Virus record (IMG/VR): IMGVR_UViG_3300022562_001204
Coordinates: 142,551 to 206,550 of that record
From: a virus
Taxonomy: Duplodnaviria; Heunggongvirae; Uroviricota; Caudoviricetes
Strand: one strand, 5' to 3'
Length of the DNA: 64,000 bases
Part shown: one piece after another, positions 54,978-63,987 of the stretch
Numbering within the stretch: the first letter of the stretch is position 1
Layout of the letters: each line of letters starts with the position of its first letter
Program-made: the position numbers and the translations under genes
The notes under the pieces: model-generated
Seen by the model: only the letters and a program-made list of their open reading frames with translations
The model's database searches: none
What the model was told of the DNA's origin: nothing

Positions 54978-55967
54978 TTAAAGAAGATCTTCCTTCACCA
55001 GCTGCCGGTAGCTTTCGCTAACCGTGTACCGCTGGAGTAAGTCCTTATAGTTCTGAGCGTAGATCTCCGAACCACTGCGTTTGCCGAGCCTTTCGGCGAT
55101 CTTGGCGATGAGGCTGTTCCGGAAGGTCCGTTCATTGACCGCTTCATAGACGATCGCAGCCCAGGTCGGAGGATGTTCAATGGCGACCGACAGTAGGACC
55201 CTGGCCCGTTCACCGAACCAACTGTTCTTGATGAGCGTCAGGAGACCCACCAGGTTGAAGCTGTTCAGCCGAACGTTCTGAACGACCGCTTTGATGTTGC
55301 TGGTCAGGTCTTCGGCCGACGCCACGGGCCCCATCATGCTAAAGACCCGTTCCACGGTGGCGCTGTCGGCTCTCGTCGCTTTTATTGTATGAACAACCCA
55401 TTTTGCCCGGGTCTCTTCATCAGGGGTTTGTCCCTTAATAAAGAGTGACAGATAGTAATAGGAGCAGACGATCGAAATGAGAAGCTGATCCTTTAGATCG
55501 AGGGCGTAGTTCTTGCTGATCACCTCAGCGATCCACATGGAGAACACGACCCCTGCAAAGTCCAGCTCCAGCTTCATATTGTCCACTTCACCATTGACCC
55601 AGGCCAGAGTGGCGATCTCCAGGGACCGGGTGAACGTGTAATCCGTCATTCGTTTGATAGACCGGTCGAGGTTGGCCAGGTTACCTTGGTAGACAGTCGG
55701 ATTGATCGCCAGCCGCATGTCAGCGCACAATACTTTCTCACCGTCCCTGGTTTTGACCAGGATTGGGAAGGTAAAGAGCGGGATTTCTGCTTCAGAGTCG
55801 TAAACCCCTGTCACAAAAACCGGATACGTGGGCCCATTCTTCTTTACATCCAGTGAGGACGAGAGAAGTGGATCCATGATGAGCGATTTGCTTATACCCC
55901 CTTCAACCTTGTCCACCCGCATCGTGGAGCCGGCTGTGGTGGTATATGCATCTTCAAAAATAGGCAT
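54978..55967 (-). CDS. Virion structural protein (phiKZ gp28-like position)
   Basis: Synteny; divergent from the sheath gene. Confidence 0.7.
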   Translation of the reverse strand: MPIFEDAYTTTAGSTMRVDKVEGGISKSLIMDPLLSSSLDVKKNGPTYPVFVTGVYDSEAEIPLFTFPILVKTRDGEKVLCADMRLAINPTVYQGNLANLDRSIKRMTDYTFTRSLEIATLAWVNGEVDNMKLELDFAGVVFSMWIAEVISKNYALDLKDQLLISIVCSYYYLSLFIKGQTPDEETRAKWVVHTIKATRADSATVERVFSMMGPVASAEDLTSNIKAVVQNVRLNSFNLVGLLTLIKNSWFGERARVLLSVAIEHPPTWAAIVYEAVNERTFRNSLIAKIAERLGKRSGSEIYAQNYKDLLQRYTVSESYRQLVKEDLL

Positions 55968-56007
55968 GGGGATCCTTTAGTTCGTTATTTTCAAGGAAAC
56001 ACAAATT

Positions 56008-58089
56008 ATGGCGACAACGATTGTGAACGGCGCAGGCATGAACATCCGCCTGGGCACAAATGACGTCTCGACGACGGTGGTTCCGACCGCTGCCGAACAG
56101 ATTCCACAGCATTTGCCGATTTTCTTCCTTTTCACCCAGAAGGGAAGCGGCCGTGCATTGGTTGATGGTGACAGCCGTACAAGCATCTTCGGCACCACCT
56201 CTTTCGATCCCCGAAGTGACTACTTCACCCACGCCACCGCCTTCTCGAATGAAGCGATGGCCCAGGGCAATGCTCACATCATCCAGCGTCTGCAGCCGGA
56301 TGACGCGGGTCCGAACGCGAACGCGATTCTCTGGCTCGACGTCCTCGAGACCACGGTGGACCTGTACCAGCGCAACAGCGATGGTTCGATCTACTACGAC
56401 ACCAACGGTGATCCGGTCGTGACCGACACCGCTGCTGGCATGAAGGTCAAGTGGGTGGTGACCTACAACAGCACGACCACGGCTGCCGCTGACTTTGGTT
56501 CACTGACCCAGACCGCGGGCGATCAGGTCGATGCCACCACGAGCGATACCTCCATCCGCTACCCGATCATGGAGATCGCCAACAGCTACTTCGGTGCTGA
56601 CGGCAACAACACCTGCTTCCGTCTTTGGGCCCCGACCGCCACGGCCGGTGCCTCTCTGCCGACGGACATGATGTCGAAGTACTCGGCCTATCCGTACTAC
56701 ATCCAGATCCTCTCCCGCGAAGACTCCACCGAGTCCCCGACCGTCGAGAAGACCACGTACGGCGAAGCCAGTGTCATGTTCACGTTCCAACAGGGCGTGA
56801 TCAACCCGCTGACCGACCAGCAGTTGTCCTGGGACAAGATCATCACCCAGTCCTACGATCAGATCGATGTGCCGGGTTACCCGGATGTTCGTGGTCGCAT
56901 CGGTGACATCTACGTCTACAATGACCAACTCGACACCGTGCTGACGATGTTCCACGGTTACGAGAAGGATTACATCACCGCCACCAGCGATATCACCTCG
57001 GATGTCTCGACCCGCGGTCTGCTGAACTTCGTGACTGGCGTGGACTCCACTGGTGTGGAGTACCAGTCCTACGTGTTCGTGGAAGCCGACAACGCCAGCC
57101 GTATGTCGCAGTACGACAACGTCTATCTGGCCGGCGGTAGCGATGGCACGATGGACAACGACACCTTCGAAGCCCTTGTGGTCGCGGAGATGAACAGGTA
57201 CGCCGATGCCACGGATGACGTGCAGGACACCGCGACGAACGTCGAATCGGTGTTCTACGACTCCGGGTTCTCGCTGGACACCAAGCTGGAGCTGGCCAGT
57301 CTCATCTCTGTCCGTAAGGACACGGTGGTGATCCTGGGTACGCACACCGTCGGTGAAGATGCCCTGACGGCGTCCGAAGAACACTCGTTGGCTGTGTCGC
57401 TCCGTACGCGACTTCAGATGTATCCGGAATCGACCTACTTCGGCACCCCAGTCTGCCGTGCCATGATCATGGGCCGTAGCGGTATCATCCGTGATTCCGA
57501 GTACACCGAACGCGTCCCGGCCACCTTCGAGGTTCTGAATCACCTCTCGAAGTACATGGGCTCCTCTGATGGTACCTGGAAGAACGGCTCGTCACCGGAA
57601 GGCAACCCGGGTTCTATCGTGTCCCGTCTGAAGAACGTGAACGTGTCTTGGGTCTCCGAGTCCGTCCGCAACCAAGACTGGAGTGTCGGTTTGAACTGGG
57701 TGCTGAATTACGATCGTTCCTCGCTCTTCATCCCGCACATGAAGACGGTATACGACGACGACACCAGTGTTCTGAACAGCATCCTGGTGGCGTTCGCCAT
57801 TGGTCAGCTGAACAAGGTCGCCGACAAGTGCTGGAGGTTCTTCTCGGGTCGTAGTGACCTGACGAACGCCCAGCTCACCTCTCGTGTGAACGAGTATATC
57901 CGTGCCAACACGGTGAACCGCTTTGACAGTCGTTACCTGATTGTCCCGACGGCGACCGTCACGGATATGGATGCCTTGCGTGGTTTCAGCTGGACCCTGA
58001 ACGTCAAGATCGGCGCCAACAACATGAAGACGGTGCAGACGAGCTACGTCCAATCCTACCGTTACGAAGACCTGGCCGCGGCTGCCTAA
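56008..58089 (+). CDS. Tail sheath protein (phiKZ gp29-like)
   Basis: 693 aa; IPQHLPIFFLFTQKG, YLAGGSDGT, FYDSGFSLDTK, YPESTYFGTPVCRA. Confidence 0.92.
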   Translation: MATTIVNGAGMNIRLGTNDVSTTVVPTAAEQIPQHLPIFFLFTQKGSGRALVDGDSRTSIFGTTSFDPRSDYFTHATAFSNEAMAQGNAHIIQRLQPDDAGPNANAILWLDVLETTVDLYQRNSDGSIYYDTNGDPVVTDTAAGMKVKWVVTYNSTTTAAADFGSLTQTAGDQVDATTSDTSIRYPIMEIANSYFGADGNNTCFRLWAPTATAGASLPTDMMSKYSAYPYYIQILSREDSTESPTVEKTTYGEASVMFTFQQGVINPLTDQQLSWDKIITQSYDQIDVPGYPDVRGRIGDIYVYNDQLDTVLTMFHGYEKDYITATSDITSDVSTRGLLNFVTGVDSTGVEYQSYVFVEADNASRMSQYDNVYLAGGSDGTMDNDTFEALVVAEMNRYADATDDVQDTATNVESVFYDSGFSLDTKLELASLISVRKDTVVILGTHTVGEDALTASEEHSLAVSLRTRLQMYPESTYFGTPVCRAMIMGRSGIIRDSEYTERVPATFEVLNHLSKYMGSSDGTWKNGSSPEGNPGSIVSRLKNVNVSWVSESVRNQDWSVGLNWVLNYDRSSLFIPHMKTVYDDDTSVLNSILVAFAIGQLNKVADKCWRFFSGRSDLTNAQLTSRVNEYIRANTVNRFDSRYLIVPTATVTDMDALRGFSWTLNVKIGANNMKTVQTSYVQSYRYEDLAAAA

Positions 58090-58101
58090 GGAGCACGATA
58101 A

Positions 58102-58977
58102 ATGACGCGCGCAACTGCAACAACTCTCGGCACCCAGGCCTTTGGCCAATACATGACCCAGAACGTCCTGGATCCCACCTATGGTGGTCAGAACGGCTGG
58201 GCCAACGACTACACCCAGTGGTTGAACAACCACGCTTACATCTCACGCCAGATCGTCCCGGTCGTGATGCAGGCACCTGGGTTCTTCCAGTACATGCAGG
58301 ATCCCCTCAAGTGGGTGCAGATCCTGCGTGCTTTCTTCGAAACGCACGCTCGGTCCATCGAAGGTCTGAACTCCGGCCTCGAGTGGGAATTCGAAGACCA
58401 CCCGGTGGGCGGCGCTGGCGAAGTGCAGTCTGAAGTCGCCAACGCCCGTCGTCAGGTTTCCGAACCCACGGTCGGCGTGATCGAAAAGGACGGCCTGCCC
58501 TTCCAGAACTTCCTCAAGTTCTGGGGCCAGTACGGCATGATGGATCCGGACACCAAGTACGCGCTCGCCAGCAACCTGTCTGACGACGATGATACCATCT
58601 GGACGCCGGACAAGTACACCGCCACGGTTATGTTCTTCGAGCCGGATGCCCGTCACCGTCGTGTGACCAAGGCCTGGCTGTGCACGAACATGATGCCTCG
58701 CTCCTCCGGAGAAGAGACGGGTCGTCGTGATCTGACGGCGGGTGGTGAGCTGCTGACGCTCTCCATTCAGTTCACCGCCCTGACCCAGACGGGCGTCGGT
58801 GTCCGCGCTCTGGCCCAGTCTCTGCTGGATGCCATGAATGTGTCCAACCCGAACCCGTACCTCCGTGCAGCGTTCCTCGACAGTATCGACTCCGATGTTG
58901 CTGCGGCAACCGACAGCTACGCCACGACGATTCAGACCGTCGCGGATCAGGCGGTCACGGACTCGGTGGCACCTTAA
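58102..58977 (+). CDS. Tail tube protein (phiKZ gp30-like)
   Basis: 291 aa directly after the sheath; AWLCTNMMPRSSGE...GGELL. Confidence 0.88.
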   Translation: MTRATATTLGTQAFGQYMTQNVLDPTYGGQNGWANDYTQWLNNHAYISRQIVPVVMQAPGFFQYMQDPLKWVQILRAFFETHARSIEGLNSGLEWEFEDHPVGGAGEVQSEVANARRQVSEPTVGVIEKDGLPFQNFLKFWGQYGMMDPDTKYALASNLSDDDDTIWTPDKYTATVMFFEPDARHRRVTKAWLCTNMMPRSSGEETGRRDLTAGGELLTLSIQFTALTQTGVGVRALAQSLLDAMNVSNPNPYLRAAFLDSIDSDVAAATDSYATTIQTVADQAVTDSVAP

Positions 58978-58985
58978 CCGGTGAG

Positions 58986-59030
58986 CATAGCTCCCAGGAT
59001 CCTTTCGGGGATCCTGGGAGCTATGTTGTC
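58986..59030 (+). terminator. Hairpin after the tail tube gene with a TATGTTGTCA flank
   Basis: CATAGCTCCCAGGATCC-tttcg-GGATCCTGGGAGCTATG-TTGTCA. Confidence 0.75.
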
Positions 59031-59057
59031 AAAAAAAAAGAGGGCCCGAAGGCCCTC
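59031..59057 (-). terminator. Canonical intrinsic terminator
   Basis: GAGGGCC-ttcg-GGCCCTC followed by a long T run on the minus strand. Confidence 0.8.
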
Positions 59058-59083
59058 GAAGTTCATCACCAAGGAAACAACGG

Positions 59084-59446
59084 TTAGGAGAGAAGTCCTT
59101 CGTTACCGAATTCCTGTTTAATGGAAAAATCTTCAAGACTGATTTTCTGATTGAGGACCCCATTCTGGCATTCCAGCACTCTGGGGGCTTCAATCAATCC
59201 CTTCTGAGCCTGTTCCACCAGGTACTGATAGCACGTCATCCCGACCTTGTCTGGGAACTCACGGTTGTCCATGTACTGATCGTAGACAATGACATAGTAG
59301 CTTCGTTCCAGAAGCCGACTCTGGAATTCAGCCACGTTCTTGGCCATGATCCACCGCACCGTGGGGTAGCGGCTGATGTATTCACCAGAGATATCCCGGT
59401 TGTCATCCAGATACAGCCCGTACCGCTTGATTTCATTCGTGTTCAT
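59084..59446 (-). CDS. Possible cyclic-phosphate-processing receiver-like domain protein
   Basis: LYLDDNRD...WIMAKNVAEF...IVYDQYMD...GMTCYQYLVE resembles the LxLDDxR...DHDLG...GY pattern. Confidence 0.5.
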   Translation of the reverse strand: MNTNEIKRYGLYLDDNRDISGEYISRYPTVRWIMAKNVAEFQSRLLERSYYVIVYDQYMDNREFPDKVGMTCYQYLVEQAQKGLIEAPRVLECQNGVLNQKISLEDFSIKQEFGNEGLLS

Positions 59447-59907
59447 AGCTTCCTCTTCGATGGTCGTCTCAGGCGTCTTTCGATTTTATCGAAATCCCAG
59501 GTGTTGAGCGCTTCATCGAACAGCCGGTGGTAAGCCTTGCTGTAGGGGTGGTTGAGTTTGCGTGCGATGTTTCTTCGGCATCCTGCTCCCAGCCAGGGAT
59601 CAAAACGACTGGCTTCGTAGTACCGACGGAGTCGGCACATCAGGGCCTCGGAGTCTCCATCCTTGAGCCGACGGAGGTACAAGCTCGGTATGGACGTCTC
59701 TTCAGCTTCAAACCGATTGACCAGGGTCATCTGCTTCATTCTGGTTTCAATCAGACTGGCAGCCTTCTGACGGCGTTCATACCGCAGAATGCTTCTGCGG
59801 AAGAGCTCGTTCTGAATCTTCACGATCGTCTTAAGTTCGTCCTTGTTAAAGACGTAGACGGGTATCCTTGTCTCGCGTTGCTTTCTCATACCCCACCCCT
59901 GTCTCAA
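59443..59907 (-). CDS. Basic hypothetical protein
   Basis: ATGA overlap with the next gene. Confidence 0.6.
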   Translation of the reverse strand: MRQGWGMRKQRETRIPVYVFNKDELKTIVKIQNELFRRSILRYERRQKAASLIETRMKQMTLVNRFEAEETSIPSLYLRRLKDGDSEALMCRLRRYYEASRFDPWLGAGCRRNIARKLNHPYSKAYHRLFDEALNTWDFDKIERRLRRPSKRKL

Positions 59908-59921
59908 TCACCTCACAGTCC

Positions 59922-60419
59922 CTAGAGTCGCGTCCAGGTGTCAAATGTGAATGGGAACTCGTGAGTCCCATCCACCGGATGGTGGACAGAACGGGATAGC
60001 TGGTAGCCTGGGAGGCTGCTGAAAGGAAACCACGTGTCAGCCTCAGGGAAGTCCCCATCGACCTGGGTGATATACACCTCACCGCAATAATCCAAAAGCT
60101 GACGGTAGATCTCAGCACCCCCGACGATGTAGAGATCCTTCTCTTCCTGGATACCCTGATAGGTCTCCAGGAGGTCATCAATGCTGGTAAACGCCAACAT
60201 CCCCGATTTGTAATACCGCGGGTCTCGAGTGAGGACCCAGTTCTCTCGATCCCTGAGAGGTTTTTCGAACCCATCAGCCGTCTTACGGCCCATGAGCACG
60301 ATATGTCCTTTGGTCTTTGCGGAAAAGTACCTCATGTCGTCGGGTAACCGCCAGGGTAGACCATTGTTAAAACCGATCTCCCTGTTCCTTCCCATGGCGA
60401 CAATCATCTTGATTGACAT
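59922..60419 (-). CDS. folA: Dihydrofolate reductase
   Basis: IVAMGRNREIGFNNGLPWRLPDDMRYF...VLMGRKT...PLRDRENWVLTR...IVGGAEIY...DTWFP. Confidence 0.96.
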   Translation of the reverse strand: MSIKMIVAMGRNREIGFNNGLPWRLPDDMRYFSAKTKGHIVLMGRKTADGFEKPLRDRENWVLTRDPRYYKSGMLAFTSIDDLLETYQGIQEEKDLYIVGGAEIYRQLLDYCGEVYITQVDGDFPEADTWFPFSSLPGYQLSRSVHHPVDGTHEFPFTFDTWTRL

Positions 60420-60456
60420 GCCCTGCTCCGATCTTGAATGGGGTGCACTACCCCAC

Positions 60457-60759
60457 TCAATAAAGACACTCGCTACATAACCCTGGTGCGTCGGTGTTCA
60501 GGTAGATACCCTCACTGGGGTATCTGAGCTGCCCGTTCTGCTCTGCCAGGACCCAGGCTTCCCTGCGGGTCAAGAACTTCCCATACTGGTCCACAAACCC
60601 ATCCACAGCCCCGTTACGCCGGATAAAGGACATTCCATCACTTCGGTTCTTGACGTTCTGATAATAGTCTGCTGATCCATGACGGATACAGGGGAGTACC
60701 TCCCCCTCCTTGTTCATCCAAGCAGCCGACACAATAAGACGTTGACCCCGTTCACCCAT
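60457..60759 (-). CDS. Small phage protein of a common type (IVSAA...RH...GFVDQYGKFLTRREA)
   Basis: Pattern recognised from other phage small proteins; start moved to ATG 60759. Confidence 0.65.
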   Translation of the reverse strand: MGERGQRLIVSAAWMNKEGEVLPCIRHGSADYYQNVKNRSDGMSFIRRNGAVDGFVDQYGKFLTRREAWVLAEQNGQLRYPSEGIYLNTDAPGLCSECLY

Positions 60760-60784
60760 GACCTTCTCCCAAAAAAGAAAGCAT

Positions 60785-60818
60785 AGCTCCCGCACCTGGA
60801 CGTCCAGGTGCGGGAGCT
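60785..60818. repeat. Perfect 34-bp palindrome (hairpin family)
   Basis: AGCTCCCGCACCTGGAC|GTCCAGGTGCGGGAGCT; T-tract follows on the minus strand. Confidence 0.85.
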
Positions 60819-60849
60819 CTGTGTTACTCTGTCAACCAGGTACGTCTTG

Positions 60850-61350
60850 TTACTTGCCCGTCAGCTGCTCTCGGGCATAGTCGCTGATCAAGGTACGCAC
60901 CTTGGCCAGCTCGCCGACGTTGGAAGCTGCACGGCACTTCAGGCTGGATGTCATGGCGCCCGGACGCACGACCGGATCGGCATTGCCGACCTTGTAGACG
61001 GCTTCGCGCTTGATGAGATGCGAGGCTTCGTCGGCCTTGCCGACATCCAGCGTGGCCACGACCTGTTGCAGGTCGGTGTGGTCGGTCATCATCGTGACGG
61101 CCATCATGCCGGCAGCATGGGCGGAAGCCGCCATGAAGTCCGAGCGATATGCGTCCACGGCATCGGAGGTTTCGCGGGTCAGGCCTTCCGGGAGGTTCTC
61201 GTAGTACGGCTCACCCGTCTGGCCGATGGTACCGTTGGTGGTATCAGGTTCCAGGCTGGTAATGATCTTTTCAGAGAGGGCTCTGATGCGTTCCTTCAGG
61301 ACCGGGGCCTTCTTCTCGGCTTTCGATGCGGCGTCTTTGACTTCGGACAT
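60850..61350 (-). CDS. Hypothetical protein, probably conserved in phiKZ-like phages
   Basis: AAGGAG SD before ATG 61350; own promoter-like motif at 61400. Confidence 0.7.
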   Translation of the reverse strand: MSEVKDAASKAEKKAPVLKERIRALSEKIITSLEPDTTNGTIGQTGEPYYENLPEGLTRETSDAVDAYRSDFMAASAHAAGMMAVTMMTDHTDLQQVVATLDVGKADEASHLIKREAVYKVGNADPVVRPGAMTSSLKCRAASNVGELAKVRTLISDYAREQLTGK

Positions 61351-61399
61351 CTGGTTCAACTCCTTTTTAGGATATGAGAACAACGAGACGGTGGTAAGT

Positions 61400-61440
61400 C
61401 TCTCAGAGAGTATATCTAATCCACCGTCATTTAAAAACGG
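61400..61440 (-). promoter_or_regulatory. Bipartite promoter-like motif
   Basis: CCGTTTTTAAA-N14-ATATACTCTCTGAGAG upstream of 61350. Confidence 0.65.
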
Positions 61441-61441
61441 C

Positions 61442-63568
61442 TCACTGAGCCATTCGAATCAACGGCAAGTCCCGTTTCGGGAAGTACCCCAGGGACTCCA
61501 GGACCATGCGGTGCGACTTGGTATGTGCCAGAAGCAGGGAATCTGCGTCAATTGCAGACATCAACTCGATAGGTAGCCCATGGCTGGAGACGAAGTCCAG
61601 GGGGAGGTAGATCGTGTTGAGATCCTTCCGTCCCGTCCGGGTCATCCAGTTTATCACCCGTTCACCGAAACTTTTATCCTCGAGCCGCTGAGCCCAGGCC
61701 AGGAGTCTGGCCTTGGTATCCAGGAGTGTCGGGATCTTGACGGCCTTATAAGGCGTCACAGCCTGGAATCCGTACTTAGGTACGAATAGCTCCTCCCAGA
61801 CCAGGTGGTAGCGATAGTTGCTGGACTCTGGCGTGCCCTTGTAGCTACCGGCGTCCTTGATGGTCAGACGACCTAGATAGGTCGTCCCACCTGTACGGAT
61901 ATCCTCGAGAATGGTCTTCTCGAGGTCTAGGACGTGGATGATCTGCTCAGTTAAAGAGATCTTCTTCCCATCCAGTACGGTCTGCATGATCGCTTCCATC
62001 TGGTTCTGGGCATCCTCGATCACGACCTTCGGGGAGGCCGAGTTCTTGAGATGGACGCCCTTGACCTCCTTCTCGTACTCCTTGTAGACCGACCCTTCCT
62101 TGATGAACACGTACGTGTAGTAGTGCTTGGCCACGGAAGTCAAAGAGAAGACCGGGAAGACAAACTCGGGCTTCATGGCCGCCTTATGGAGTTTACTACG
62201 TTCCACGTTGATGTTGGCGGAGTAGATGGCCAGGTTGTGACTGATGCACTGCGTGGCCATAAACATGACCGACCCAGACACCGCAAAGGCCTCGTCATCG
62301 AACTTCAGGTCATTGAAGTACCAAAGTGCCCACTCGTCGCAGCTGAACATCGTACTGTCGGTATCGGACAGTACGACTGTACGCCGGACAATATCCCGGA
62401 TGTAGGCGACAGAGCAGGGGAGGTTCTTTGACAAGAAGAACGCCCGGATAAACCCCTGATATTCCTCGAGGATGCTGACCACGTTGGCACAGGTGGCCGC
62501 TACGGTACAAGCTGCGTCGTGGGAGATCTTGGAGTAGTCCTTACCGATACCCCGGACTTCCGTGATGCAGACCTGGTGGACGTAGTTGACGATCAGTTCG
62601 TCGGTACTCCGGATGGACTTGACGGGATCGTCCATGTGGACGCCCGTGACCTTTTGACTCAAGCGACTTAAGAAGGTCCGGATAGCCAGGGGGTTGCAGA
62701 CCCGAATGTGGTACAGATCGCCTGTATAGACGATAGCTGCCCGTTCCACCGGCTCCAGTTTCTCAACGAATGATCGGATCTTCCCCAGCTTCTGGATATC
62801 TGACCAGTAGGGGGAAGTGCTTCGATAGAGACAGTCCATGGTCTGTTGGACATCGGGGTAGACCAGTCCATAGTCCGTGATGGCCTTGTGGATCTCATCG
62901 AAATCGCTGTTCGTGAGGATGCTGACCAGGTTGTTGAGAGTGATCTCAGGGGTCCGGTAGTGCCGATTACCCGAGATCATGCGTTCATTACCCGCGTTAC
63001 CAATAGAAGTCATGGTGCGGGTGGTTGAGGTCAGGGAGCTATGGGAGGTAGGGTTCCGGATGACGGACCCTCCTGCTTCAAAGGCTCCTGACGCGGCATT
63101 GTTGTAGATCTTGCGGTTTTCCTGTTCACCATTGAAGATGTTGAACTGGACGATGTTCCCTTCTGCCTTGTAGACCGCCGCCTTCTTCTTGGCCTTACTG
63201 CGAATAGCCGTGTTGGTGTCTGTGAACTCTGAGAGGATTGAAGGCTTCTCAGAACCATGGACGTAACACGTCATGGTGGGGGCGAGGGTCAGGTTCTCTG
63301 AACTGATCGTGCTGAGGTACTCCGTCAGAGGCATCTGCTCGACGAACTTATCCTCCCCAGCAGGGCGGTGGAAGAACTCCACCACCGGGTTCTTCATCTT
63401 CGGGAAGAACTTGGCCTTAATCGCTTCCTGAACTCCCTGACAGGCCTCCTTATAAGGAATGCCCTTCACCTTTGAGAGGTAGTATCCCGCCTGGAGCACA
63501 TATTCCCTCAGCGGGTTGATGTTCCTCTGATAGTAGGACTCATCCCTCAGAAACAGCTGATCTTGCAT
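61442..63568 (-). CDS. Family B DNA polymerase catalytic subunit (phiKZ gp50-like split polymerase)
   Basis: RKIYNNAASGA (motif B), VLSDTDST (motif C), AKHYY, KGVHLKNS. Confidence 0.9.
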   Translation of the reverse strand: MQDQLFLRDESYYQRNINPLREYVLQAGYYLSKVKGIPYKEACQGVQEAIKAKFFPKMKNPVVEFFHRPAGEDKFVEQMPLTEYLSTISSENLTLAPTMTCYVHGSEKPSILSEFTDTNTAIRSKAKKKAAVYKAEGNIVQFNIFNGEQENRKIYNNAASGAFEAGGSVIRNPTSHSSLTSTTRTMTSIGNAGNERMISGNRHYRTPEITLNNLVSILTNSDFDEIHKAITDYGLVYPDVQQTMDCLYRSTSPYWSDIQKLGKIRSFVEKLEPVERAAIVYTGDLYHIRVCNPLAIRTFLSRLSQKVTGVHMDDPVKSIRSTDELIVNYVHQVCITEVRGIGKDYSKISHDAACTVAATCANVVSILEEYQGFIRAFFLSKNLPCSVAYIRDIVRRTVVLSDTDSTMFSCDEWALWYFNDLKFDDEAFAVSGSVMFMATQCISHNLAIYSANINVERSKLHKAAMKPEFVFPVFSLTSVAKHYYTYVFIKEGSVYKEYEKEVKGVHLKNSASPKVVIEDAQNQMEAIMQTVLDGKKISLTEQIIHVLDLEKTILEDIRTGGTTYLGRLTIKDAGSYKGTPESSNYRYHLVWEELFVPKYGFQAVTPYKAVKIPTLLDTKARLLAWAQRLEDKSFGERVINWMTRTGRKDLNTIYLPLDFVSSHGLPIELMSAIDADSLLLAHTKSHRMVLESLGYFPKRDLPLIRMAQ

Positions 63569-63582
63569 CTATCTCTCCTGTG

Positions 63583-63987
63583 TCAGGAGATGGGGCTCAG
63601 GGAGCACTTAAGTGCCAGAGGCTCCCAGTTGGCCCGCATCCTCGCGATGACTTCCTCAGGGACGCCATGAATACTGCCGTACTGCTCGTGCTGCTCCCAG
63701 ACACCGATCGGGACCTTGAGGTCGCTGGCCAGATCGAAGTAGGGCTGCATCTCGGCATTGGTGATGAACGTATTCGACACCACTACAGACTGCGCCTGAA
63801 ACAGCAAGTCCCTCGTGGTGTCCAGACACCAGGTATGGGCCAGTCTGACATTTTCCGGCTTGTAGACGTATTCCCCATCCTCCATGTGGTACATGTCGGC
63901 TTCCAGGTGGTGGAAACCCTTCATCCTCATGGCAATCGTGGATTTACCGCTGCCTGGGAGTCCCCTGATCAAGATGATTTCGCACAT
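63583..63987 (-). CDS. P-loop kinase (AAA_33/polynucleotide-kinase-like)
   Basis: IILIRGLPGSGKST...EADMY...AHTWC...VVVSNTF...HGVPEEVIARM. Confidence 0.85.
   Translation of the reverse strand: MCEIILIRGLPGSGKSTIAMRMKGFHHLEADMYHMEDGEYVYKPENVRLAHTWCLDTTRDLLFQAQSVVVSNTFITNAEMQPYFDLASDLKVPIGVWEQHEQYGSIHGVPEEVIARMRANWEPLALKCSLSPIS

Noticed and set aside
53445-55040. 531-aa + strand ORF
   Set aside because: Antisense shadow of the baseplate gene; V/H/G/R-rich composition typical of shadows.
56500-58656. Long minus-strand ORFs over the sheath and tube genes
   Set aside because: Antisense shadows.
2561-60818. CRISPR array or integron attC interpretation of the palindromes
   Set aside because: They are dispersed, not identical, not regularly spaced, and lack GTTRRRY boxes; no cas or integrase gene in the window.
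32132-63568. Introns or inteins in the RNAP, terminase or DNA polymerase genes
   Set aside because: ORFs are continuous, of expected size, and lack intein end motifs or embedded endonucleases.
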